Of a stretch of DNA of 32,000 nucleotides, positions 7,542-14,523 are shown in pieces. A model generated the notes under the pieces. That model was not told the origin of the DNA. It saw nothing but the letters and a program-made list of their open reading frames with translations, and searched no databases. Each line of letters starts with the position of its first letter. Within the stretch, counting starts at the first letter, position 1. The stretch is from Candidatus Nanosynbacter sp. BB002 (GTDB lineage Bacteria; Patescibacteriota; Saccharimonadia; Saccharimonadales; Saccharimonadaceae). A program made the position numbers and the translations under genes. The stretch spans positions 480,001 to 512,000 of the forward strand of contig NZ_CP146064.1 of the NCBI RefSeq assembly GCF_037013405.1, given 5' to 3'.

Positions 7542-10067
7542 ATGACAAAACTCAAGCATTTACTCGATACCTTTACACCCCATCACTATGACCTAACCCT
7601 CGACTTGACACGCGCCGAGGAAAAATCGTTTTCTGGCACAGTGATCATTTCCGGCGAGTCGACTGGCGAGTCGATTTCGCTACACGCCAAAGATTTGACT
7701 ATTCACTCGGCGTTGATTGACGACCAGCCAGCTGAGTTTTCTCACGGTGAGTTTGACGAGCTAAACCTGTCGCGCCCAGAGTTGTCCAGCGGTAAGCACA
7801 CCGTTCGCATCGACTTTTCTGGCACCATCACCGACGCTATGCACGGGCTATACCCATGCTATTTTACGCATAATGGCATTAAAAAGCAGTTATTCGCCAC
7901 CCAATTTGAATCGCACCACGCCCGCGAAGTCTTTCCGTGTGTTGACGAGCCAGCCGCCAAGGCAACTTACGACGTAACGCTGAGAACCGCACCAGATTTG
8001 ACCGTCCTTGGTAATATGCCCGTCACTACATCATCCGAGCAGGACAGTGCGCTGACAACCACTTTTGCCACCACACCGCGTATGAGTAGTTATTTGCTAG
8101 CTTTTGTCGTCGGCGAACTCCACAAGAAAACTGCTCATACCAAATCTGGCGTTGAAGTTAATATTTGGGCAACGCCAGCCCAAAGCGAGGAGACCCTGGA
8201 TTTTGCGCTGGACATTGCCACTAGCTCCATTGATTTTTATGATGAATATTTTGGCGTACCATATCCGTTGCCAAAGTCTGACCACGTAGCGCTGCCAGAT
8301 TTCTCGTCGGGTGCCATGGAAAACTGGGGGCTCATCACCTACCGCGAAAGTTGCCTGCTGGCTGACTCGAAATTAACACCAGAGTCATCCAAGCGCTTCA
8401 TCGCCACCGTCATCGCTCACGAGCTCAGCCACCAGTGGTTTGGTAATTTGGTGACCATGCAGTGGTGGAATGATCTGTGGCTGAACGAGAGCTTCGCCAA
8501 TATGATGGAATACGTCGCAGTCGACGCACTGCATCCTAAGTGGCGGATGTGGGAGGATTTTGCGACGGGCGAGGTCACAGTGGCGCTTCGACGCGATAGC
8601 CTAGACGGTGTGCAGCCAGTGCAGGCTGATGTTAATCACCCGGACGAGATCAGCACATTGTTTGACCCGGCAATTGTCTATGCTAAAGGTGGGCGGCTGC
8701 TGGTGATGGTGCGGCGGCTGATCGGCGAGGAAGCGTTTCGCTCTGGTTTGAAGGCATATTTTGAAAAATTTGCCTACCAAAACACTGTTGGTGATGATTT
8801 GTGGCAGGAGCTAGAGACTGCCAGCGGTCAGCCAATTATTAACCTGATGAACACTTGGATTTCTCAGCCAGGTTTACCAATCGTGCGAGTCGAACAGGAT
8901 AATTCGGCCAAGCAATCGACCGCCACCCTTCGCCAACAGCGCTTCTTCATCGGCGACCATCAGCCATCCGACGCCTTGTGGCCGATTCCATTATTCGCCA
9001 ACCAACCACTTGATGACGAAATTTTAACTGAACGTGAGAAAACATTCACCATTGAAAAACCGCTACAGCTGAACTGCGGACTGAACGGACATTTCGTGAC
9101 CAAATATGACACCACTACTCGTGAGCAACTATTGACTACTATTCACGAACTGCCGACTCTGGATAAAATCTGCCTACTCCAAGATGCTACGTTGTTAGCT
9201 CGGGCTGGATTTGAAAATTCAGCTTCACTCCTGCCACTGGCACTGTCGCTGAAACATGAAACCAACGAAAAGGTTTTCGGCATGGCGGCTGGTGCACTGG
9301 CGGAGCTACGCAAATTTGTTGACGATGATGACGACGGCAAGGCCCGCTTGAAGCAAATTTCTGGCGAATTTGCTCGCGCTACCTTTGACGAACTGGGTTG
9401 GGACGAAACACCCGGTGAATCCGACGACGACCGCGAACGGCGCGTCACTGCTCTAGGCTTGATGATCTATAGCGAAGACCAAGCAGTGCTAGCGGAAGCC
9501 AAGCGACGCTTCGACAGCCAGCCTCTTGAGGAATTACCAACAGAAATCCGTTCACTGATCATTAGTGCTACTGTGCGGCACTTTGAAACGCCAGAGATGA
9601 TTAACAGCCTGTTCCAGACCTACCAGCAGACGCCGTCAAACGACCTGCAAGCTGACATCACTCTGGGACTTACCGCCACTAAAAACCCCGAAACTGCGCA
9701 AAAAATCCTTGCAAATATCAAGCGCCCCGACGTCATTCGTCCACAAGACGCTAGCCGTTGGTTCGTTTATCTCATCCGCACTCACGAAAGCTGCCAGCTC
9801 ACGTGGGATTGGCTGAAGGATAATTGGCAGTGGGTCGAAACAACCTTTGCTGGCGACAAAAGCTACGATGAGTTCATTCGCTACGCTGCCATCGGGCTAA
9901 CAACGAGCGACGAACTGGCTGACTTCCGCCGCTTCTTTGAGCCGATGCTGAATATCCCAGCCCTGACTAGGACGATTGAGCTGGGCATCACAGAAATCGC
10001 AGCCCGAGTTGAGTTGATTGAGCGAGACAAGGCGGGCGTGCTCGCTGTTTTGCAAACAACACTGTGA
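7542..10067 (+). CDS. pepN: aminopeptidase N (M1 family zinc metallopeptidase)
   Basis: 841 aa with the GAMENWG exopeptidase motif and HELSHQWFGNLVTMQWWNDLWLNESFA (HExxH-x18-E). Confidence 0.9.
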   Translation: MTKLKHLLDTFTPHHYDLTLDLTRAEEKSFSGTVIISGESTGESISLHAKDLTIHSALIDDQPAEFSHGEFDELNLSRPELSSGKHTVRIDFSGTITDAMHGLYPCYFTHNGIKKQLFATQFESHHAREVFPCVDEPAAKATYDVTLRTAPDLTVLGNMPVTTSSEQDSALTTTFATTPRMSSYLLAFVVGELHKKTAHTKSGVEVNIWATPAQSEETLDFALDIATSSIDFYDEYFGVPYPLPKSDHVALPDFSSGAMENWGLITYRESCLLADSKLTPESSKRFIATVIAHELSHQWFGNLVTMQWWNDLWLNESFANMMEYVAVDALHPKWRMWEDFATGEVTVALRRDSLDGVQPVQADVNHPDEISTLFDPAIVYAKGGRLLVMVRRLIGEEAFRSGLKAYFEKFAYQNTVGDDLWQELETASGQPIINLMNTWISQPGLPIVRVEQDNSAKQSTATLRQQRFFIGDHQPSDALWPIPLFANQPLDDEILTEREKTFTIEKPLQLNCGLNGHFVTKYDTTTREQLLTTIHELPTLDKICLLQDATLLARAGFENSASLLPLALSLKHETNEKVFGMAAGALAELRKFVDDDDDGKARLKQISGEFARATFDELGWDETPGESDDDRERRVTALGLMIYSEDQAVLAEAKRRFDSQPLEELPTEIRSLIISATVRHFETPEMINSLFQTYQQTPSNDLQADITLGLTATKNPETAQKILANIKRPDVIRPQDASRWFVYLIRTHESCQLTWDWLKDNWQWVETTFAGDKSYDEFIRYAAIGLTTSDELADFRRFFEPMLNIPALTRTIELGITEIAARVELIERDKAGVLAVLQTTL

Positions 10068-10097
10068 TATATTATGCCACATTTTTGACAAAATCTC

Positions 10098-10126
10098 TTG
10101 ACATTTTGTTCTATTAGTGATATATA
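10098..10126 (+). promoter_or_regulatory. near-consensus promoter (TTGACA-17-TGaTATATA) for small-ORF cassette 1
   Basis: The sequence reads TTGACAttttgttctattagTGaTATATA. A second TTGACA lies at 10085-10090. Confidence 0.55.
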
Positions 10127-10139
10127 TATTAGCTTTTCG

Positions 10140-10186
10140 CTCAAGTTTCCACAAAAAAGGGCGTGAAGTTGCCCTTTTTGCTTGAG
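10140..10186 (+). promoter_or_regulatory. terminator-like leader hairpin (possible pepN terminator and/or attenuator of cassette 1)
   Basis: The outer helix CTCAAG (10140-45) pairs with CTTGAG (10181-86). The inner helix AAAAAGGGC (10154-62) pairs with GCCCTTTTT (10171-79), and T-rich sequence follows. It lies between the predicted promoter and the AGGAGG SD. Confidence 0.55.
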
Positions 10187-10207
10187 TCTTGATTCTTAGG
10201 AGGAATC

Positions 10208-10567
10208 ATGAAGCGTCTTTTTGTCGGATATCTCTTCCTCATCGCCGCCACTGTGGTGGCATACCTCACTGCTAGAGCAGGACACCTTGCTCTAGCTTTA
10301 CTCCCCCTGGTGTCATACGCAGCCACCCTGGTCTGGATCCTTTACAAGGACCAGGTTAAGAGGCGTCTCTTTGACGCGGTGACGTACTGCCATGTCAAAG
10401 AATTGATAAAAGACAATCAGCGCCTCGCTGAGGCGCTGATTAGCGTAGCTGAAGCGACTCCTAGTGTCGTTCTGAGACAAGGGGAGGTCTACACAATAGA
10501 CCTCCCTGATCAAGATAAGCTCGTCCTCTACCGGCGTACTGCCGAAGAGGAGGAAAGGAAGGGCTGA
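10208..10567 (+). CDS. small membrane protein (two predicted TM helices, acidic C-terminus), unknown function
   Basis: AGGAGG lies 4 nt upstream of the ATG. The N-terminus is hydrophobic (LFVGYLFLIAATVVAYL, LALALLPLVSYAATLVWILY) and the protein ends in AEEEERKG. Confidence 0.6.
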   Translation: MKRLFVGYLFLIAATVVAYLTARAGHLALALLPLVSYAATLVWILYKDQVKRRLFDAVTYCHVKELIKDNQRLAEALISVAEATPSVVLRQGEVYTIDLPDQDKLVLYRRTAEEEERKG

Positions 10568-10568
10568 C

Positions 10569-10640
10569 CGCCCGCCTAGAGAATAGCTCGCCTCGAGGTT
10601 ACAGACCTCGGCTTGAGCCTCTCGGCGGGCTATTTTCTTT
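10569..10640 (+). repeat. 72-nt hairpin repeat, copy 1 (long imperfect stem plus T-tract; intrinsic terminator-like)
   Basis: It is identical base for base to 12023..12094. GCCCGCC pairs with GGCGGGC, GAGA with TCTC, GCTC with GAGC, and CGAGGT with ACCTCG around the loop TACAG. TATTTTCTTT follows. Confidence 0.85.
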
Positions 10641-10648
10641 GATTTATT

Positions 10649-11644
10649 TTACTCCAACACCACCTGCTTTCGTACTGTCAGCGGATTACCCTCGACAGCT
10701 ACCGCCAGTAACCGCATGTCACATCCTTCATATTGCGGATGCTTTGCCATGAATAATTCAGCTGCAAAGCGCATTTGTCGCTGTTTTTTGGTGGTAATTG
10801 CCGCCAGTCCACCACCAAAGTCATCATTTTTACGGTATTTCACCTCGGTAAACCACAGCACATCGTCTTTCATGCTGACAATATCAATCTCGCAGTACCG
10901 CGTCCGCCAATTGCGAGCGATAATCTCATGTCCATCCGCTGTCAGCCAGTCCGCGGCCGTCTGTTCACCCATATCGCCAATTTGACGCGTCGTGTTTCCC
11001 TGCTGATGTTTAATTTGACTACTAGACGATAGTTGCGAATTCCCCTCAGTGCCGGCGTATTTTTGCAGTGGCGCAAAACTCAGCCGATGTAGCGGCGTCA
11101 CGCCCAGCCGCTCAATCGCCGCGCGGTGCTTCGCCACACCATAGCCAGCATTCGACGCGAAGCCGTACCCTGGATAGACCACGTCTTGCTCGGTCATAAA
11201 CTGATCGCGCGCTACCTTGGCGATGATCGATGCTGCCGACACACTGGGGATCAAACCGTCAGCTTTCGCCATCACCGTCACGTATCGCTCCAGCGCTGTA
11301 TCCGCCAGAAAATTAACCGTCCCGTCAATGATAATTTCATCAAATGCCAAATTTTTCTCCTTGCACTGCGACTGAATTTGCTTGACCGCCCGCCGCGTCG
11401 CCAGACGCAAGGCCTGGCTCATACCAACGTCGTCCAATTCTCCAGCGCTCACCCAGCCTAGCGCCCACGCAGCCGCCTGCTCACGAATTACCTCGTCCAA
11501 AGCCTCGCGGCGTTTTTTGGTCAATTTTTTACTGTCGTTGAGCCCCTCGATATCAGCACCGCCCAAAATCACCGCGCCCACCACCAATGGCCCCGCCCAT
11601 GGCCCACGCCCAACTTCGTCAATACCGAGAATCATACCCATCAT
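10649..11644 (-). CDS. rnhB: ribonuclease HII fused to a YraN/UPF0102-family endonuclease domain
   Basis: The N-terminal ~200 aa is RNase HII (GIDEVGRGPWAGPLVVGAV). The C-terminal ~115 aa matches the YraN pattern (GEQTAADWL..GHEIIARNWR..CEIDIV...LWFTEVKYR). The true start may be ATG 11633-11635, since TATAAT 11643-11648 lies 7 nt upstream of it. Confidence 0.85.
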   Translation of the reverse strand: MMGMILGIDEVGRGPWAGPLVVGAVILGGADIEGLNDSKKLTKKRREALDEVIREQAAAWALGWVSAGELDDVGMSQALRLATRRAVKQIQSQCKEKNLAFDEIIIDGTVNFLADTALERYVTVMAKADGLIPSVSAASIIAKVARDQFMTEQDVVYPGYGFASNAGYGVAKHRAAIERLGVTPLHRLSFAPLQKYAGTEGNSQLSSSSQIKHQQGNTTRQIGDMGEQTAADWLTADGHEIIARNWRTRYCEIDIVSMKDDVLWFTEVKYRKNDDFGGGLAAITTKKQRQMRFAAELFMAKHPQYEGCDMRLLAVAVEGNPLTVRKQVVLE

Positions 11645-11699
11645 TATAACAAACGGCTACGTCCTGCGCGGAGCATTAACTTCTCTAGTTGGTAGGATA

Positions 11700-11728
11700 T
11701 TGACTTATTGTATTTTATATGCGATATT
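11700..11728 (+). promoter_or_regulatory. promoter (TTGACT-17-TGcGATATT) for small-ORF cassette 2
   Basis: The sequence reads TTGACTtattgtattttataTGcGATATT. The architecture matches the cassette 1 promoter. Confidence 0.5.
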
Positions 11729-11745
11729 AAAATTGACTTTTTGAT

Positions 11746-11798
11746 CAGAAGACTGTCGTCAAAGGGCGAAAAGCGCCCTTTTGGTCTTCTGAGTTTTT
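11746..11798 (+). promoter_or_regulatory. terminator-like leader hairpin of cassette 2
   Basis: The outer helix CAGAAGAC (11746-53) pairs with GTCTTCTG (11784-91). The inner helix AAAGGGCG (11761-68) pairs with CGCCCTTT (11774-81). TTTTT follows at 11794-98. The helix plan matches copy 1 but the outer-stem sequence is fully different. Confidence 0.55.
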
Positions 11799-11815
11799 CC
11801 TGAAAGGAGAAAGTC

Positions 11816-12010
11816 ATGAGTATTGTTACTACCGTTGGAATTGTTTTCTCCTATCTCCTGCCGATCGGTATTATGTTTTGGTGGCAGGAGAAAAAAATCC
11901 GATCACGAGATCGGTACATAAAATTCCTAGAAGGGATGGTACTGCACCTATCTCTGCATAGAGATATTGTCATGTTCATTGAGAACGGGGAGGAGGAACC
12001 CGAACAATAA
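11816..12010 (+). CDS. small membrane protein (one TM helix, acidic C-terminus), unknown function
   Basis: AAGGAG lies 6 nt upstream of the ATG. It has a TM segment (IVTTVGIVFSYLLPIGIMFWW) and ends in NGEEEPEQ. It is followed by the same 72-nt element as ORF 10208..10567. Confidence 0.5.
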   Translation: MSIVTTVGIVFSYLLPIGIMFWWQEKKIRSRDRYIKFLEGMVLHLSLHRDIVMFIENGEEEPEQ

Positions 12011-12022
12011 AGTAAGGGCTAG

Positions 12023-12094
12023 CGCCCGCCTAGAGAATAGCTCGCCTCGAGGTTACAGACCTCGGCTTGAGCCTCTCGGCGGGCTATTTTCTTT
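12023..12094 (+). repeat. 72-nt hairpin repeat, copy 2
   Basis: It is 100 percent identical to 10569..10640. The preceding AAGGGCT is also shared. Its reverse strand encodes the last 13 codons and the stop of the convergent membrane gene. Confidence 0.85.
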
Positions 12095-12553
12095 TACAAA
12101 CCGCCAGCCCATCCAGCCCAGCCACACCGTCGCCGCGCCCAGCGTATTTGCCAAAATATCCCAATTGGTATCGTCCAGCGTGATGCGCGCCAGCCCTGTC
12201 TTCACCATGTACAGTTCTGCCAGTTCATTAATGCAGCCCAGCGCCGACACCAGTGCAAACACCGAAAACGCCATCACCAACCAGTGCGACCGCCAGCGTG
12301 TCGCCAATACCAGGTACACCCACAACAGCCCCGTAAACAATCCGCCGCCCACGAAATGCGTCGTAAAGCTAGTGTCTCGCCCTTCGATCAGCGGCGACGG
12401 CAAATACCACGAGATGAAAAACAACACACAGGCAACATATAGCAGCCAGCGGTATTTTGCTTCGTCATTGAAACCCTGGCGGCGTAGTATGTACGGCACC
12501 GCAAATGCCAGCGTCAAAGGAACGAAAAAGGAAATATAGTGAAAGATCGACAT
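12053..12553 (-). CDS. multi-pass membrane protein (weak VanZ-like pattern), unknown function
   Basis: 166 aa with about 4-5 hydrophobic segments. NELAELY...DDTNWDILANTLGA loosely resembles VanZ-family motifs. The C-terminal KENSPPRGSSRGL is encoded within the 72-nt repeat. Confidence 0.7.
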   Translation of the reverse strand: MSIFHYISFFVPLTLAFAVPYILRRQGFNDEAKYRWLLYVACVLFFISWYLPSPLIEGRDTSFTTHFVGGGLFTGLLWVYLVLATRWRSHWLVMAFSVFALVSALGCINELAELYMVKTGLARITLDDTNWDILANTLGAATVWLGWMGWRFVKENSPPRGSSRGL

Positions 12554-12559
12554 ATTGGC

Positions 12560-12568
12560 ATTATACCA
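12560..12568 (-). promoter_or_regulatory. extended -10 (TGgTATAAT), 6 nt upstream of ATG 12551-12553
   Basis: The minus strand reads caTGgTATAATgccaatATG. Confidence 0.6.
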
Positions 12569-12570
12569 TG

Positions 12571-12596
12571 AGAAAACCGCCCCCAGAGAGGGCGGT
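12571..12596 (-). terminator. intrinsic terminator after rplS
   Basis: The minus strand reads ACCGCCC-tctctgg-GGGCGGT followed by TTTCTC. It begins 20 nt after the rplS stop. Confidence 0.65.
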
Positions 12597-12615
12597 CTAT
12601 GTGTCTCAAGACTAA

Positions 12616-13137
12616 TTACGCTTCTTTGTGGCGTGCTTCTACTTCAGCAGCCTTGGCGTCAAGTTCTGCCTGAGCAGCGTCTTTTTCAGCTTGCTTGGCA
12701 GCGGCAGCTTGTGCGGCCTCTTCTTTCAAGCGTTCAGCTTCTGCTTCAGCCTTGGCGTCGTGCACATTGTTGACAGCCACGCGATCAAAGTTTTTGGCAG
12801 TCAAGCGAGCTGATTTACCAGAACGCTTACGTAGGAAGCTGAGGAACTTGCGGCGAACCTTGGCACGGCGGACGATTTCCACCTTTTCAATCAGTGGGCT
12901 GTGCAGCAAGAATGATTTTTCCACACCAACACCTGAGGCGATTTTACGAACGGTGATGCGTGAGGTGTGCGAACCTTTGTTGTCGGTGCGGATGACCACA
13001 CCCTCAAACATCTGGATACGCTCTTTGTTACCTTCTTTAATCTTTTGATACACACGAACGGTGTCACCACTGCGGGCGTCAACAACTGCTTGCTTTTTCT
13101 GTGCTTGGTTGACTTTGTTGATTAGTTCAAAACTCAT
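12616..13137 (-). CDS. rplS: 50S ribosomal protein L19 with an Ala/Glu/Lys-rich C-terminal extension
   Basis: MSFELINKV...GDTVRVYQKIKEGNKERIQMFEGVVI...LHSPLIEKVEIVRRAKVRR is canonical L19. The start is ATG 13135-13137. The track's N-terminal extension runs through the leader. Confidence 0.9.
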   Translation of the reverse strand: MSFELINKVNQAQKKQAVVDARSGDTVRVYQKIKEGNKERIQMFEGVVIRTDNKGSHTSRITVRKIASGVGVEKSFLLHSPLIEKVEIVRRAKVRRKFLSFLRKRSGKSARLTAKNFDRVAVNNVHDAKAEAEAERLKEEAAQAAAAKQAEKDAAQAELDAKAAEVEARHKEA

Positions 13138-13238
13138 AATATTTCCTATTCTTCCAAACCTGCCACGGCTGGCCACGCAGTTGCACCCCTGCGGCTCCAC
13201 ACCTAACAAAGCTTGAATAATTTAACTCTGTACAACTT
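13138..13238 (-). promoter_or_regulatory. structured ~100-nt 5' leader of rplS (candidate L19 autoregulatory leader)
   Basis: It lies between the predicted promoter and the ATG. A GC-rich segment carries the helix GCCGCAG-gggtgcaa-CTGCG(t)GGC and an overlapping alternative, CTGC...GCAG. Confidence 0.4.
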
Positions 13239-13244
13239 CAGTGT

Positions 13245-13273
13245 ATTTTAGCATAGAATATGAAACTATACAA
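13245..13273 (-). promoter_or_regulatory. promoter for rplS (TTGTAT-17-TGcTAAAAT)
   Basis: The minus strand reads TTGTATagtttcatattctaTGcTAAAAT. Confidence 0.5.
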
Positions 13274-13358
13274 GGAGCCTGACGATTATATGGACGTACG
13301 AATTACATGATCTATCGAGCTGATGGAGAAAACCTGCCATATGGAGTACAATAGTGAT

Positions 13359-14492
13359 ATGGATTACAACAAATTAGCACTTGAATTACACGAAAAATAT
13401 AAAGGTAAAATTACTACCAGCTTGCGCGACCAAGAGGAACTGGATCGTGACAAATTGAGCTCGTATTACAGCCCGGGCGTTGGCGCAGTCAGCCAAGCGA
13501 TCGCCGATAACCCAGCAGACTTACCAAGGTACACTTGGACGAACAATCTGGTCGGTGTCATCTCTGACGGCTCAGCCATCTTGGGCCTCGGTGATTTGGG
13601 ACCAAAAGCCGCCATGCCAGTGATGGAAGGTAAGGCGCTGCTGTTCAAGCATTTTGCCGATGTTGACGCTGTGCCAGTTGTGCTGGATGTTCACGACACG
13701 GAAGAGATTATCGCCACAGTTAAGGCAATTGCACCAAGCTTTGGCGCTATCAACCTGGAGGATATCGCCGCACCAAAGTGTTTTGAGATTGAAGAGCGCC
13801 TCAAGGCCGAGCTGGATATCCCTGTGTTTCACGATGATCAACACGGCACGGCGGTCGTGGTGTTGGCGGGTCTGATTAATGCTGCGAAACTAACCGGACG
13901 AAATTTGGCGGACTGTAAATTTGTGGTCATTGGCGCGGGCGCAGCTGGCACGGCCATCATTAAATTATTGCATCTATACGGCGCAAGGAACATCGTGGCG
14001 GTAGACAGCCGGGGCATCGTCGGCGCGTCTCGCACGGATCTGAATGCTGAAAAAACTGCGCTTCTAGAATACGTTGATGCTTCACAAGCCGGCTCCATCG
14101 AAGACGCCATCACTGACGCTGACGTGTTTATCGGTGTGTCACGCGCTGGACTACTTACGCCGGAATTGGTGCAAAAAATGGCTGAGCATCCAATTATCTT
14201 TGCCCTGGCCAACCCAGTGCCAGAAATCATGCCAGATGTCGCCCGACAAGCCGGTGCCGCTGTTGTCGCCACTGGTCGCAGCGATTTTCCAAACCAAGTC
14301 AATAATTCTCTGGCTTTCCCGGGTATCTTCCGCGGCGCGCTAGACCATGGCGTGAAAAAAATCACCGACCAGCATAAACTAGCAGCCGCCGAGGCTTTGG
14401 CTGGGCTAGTCGAAAATCCAACTGCTGACGAAGTCATCCCTTCGCCGTTTGATGAGCGAGTGCCGTCAACTGTTGCTGCAGTGATACAGTAA
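13359..14492 (+). CDS. NAD(P)-dependent malic enzyme (short form)
   Basis: It has GVISDGSAILGLGDLGPKAAMPVMEGKALLFK and a Rossmann motif (VVIGAGAAGTAI). ATG 13359 gives MDYNKLALELHEKYKGKI, which matches typical N-termini, and TACAAT-agtgat precedes it. The track start at 13323 is also possible. Confidence 0.85.
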   Translation: MDYNKLALELHEKYKGKITTSLRDQEELDRDKLSSYYSPGVGAVSQAIADNPADLPRYTWTNNLVGVISDGSAILGLGDLGPKAAMPVMEGKALLFKHFADVDAVPVVLDVHDTEEIIATVKAIAPSFGAINLEDIAAPKCFEIEERLKAELDIPVFHDDQHGTAVVVLAGLINAAKLTGRNLADCKFVVIGAGAAGTAIIKLLHLYGARNIVAVDSRGIVGASRTDLNAEKTALLEYVDASQAGSIEDAITDADVFIGVSRAGLLTPELVQKMAEHPIIFALANPVPEIMPDVARQAGAAVVATGRSDFPNQVNNSLAFPGIFRGALDHGVKKITDQHKLAAAEALAGLVENPTADEVIPSPFDERVPSTVAAVIQ

Positions 14493-14523
14493 TAAGTCTT
14501 TCGCTGAAATATATGAGCCGCGC

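Noticed and set aside
7467-7559. N-terminal extension of the nuclease ORF (track start 7559).
   Set aside because: It would overlap the pepN start and its -10 box. An internal ATG at 7464-7466 gives a normal signal peptide and is preceded by TATACT at the genome-typical 6-nt spacing.
10569-10640. The 72-nt repeats considered as tRNA fragments, att sites of an integrated element, or a CRISPR-like array.
   Set aside because: There is no cloverleaf or T-loop/anticodon architecture. Only two copies are present, 1.4 kb apart. The intervening DNA carries housekeeping rnhB with no integrase, and no regular short spacers exist. A hairpin-terminator repeat is the simplest reading.
12616-12780. GCA/GCC/GAA/AAG-rich stretch at the rplS 3' end, considered as a tandem DNA repeat.
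   Set aside because: No exact periodic unit is present. It is compositional bias from Ala/Glu/Lys codons in an in-frame protein tail.
13138-13209. N-terminal extension of rplS (track ORF of 197 aa).
   Set aside because: Canonical L19 begins at MSFELINK. The extension (MLGVEPQGCNCVASRGRFGRIGNI) reads through the GC-rich leader and has no homology-like character.
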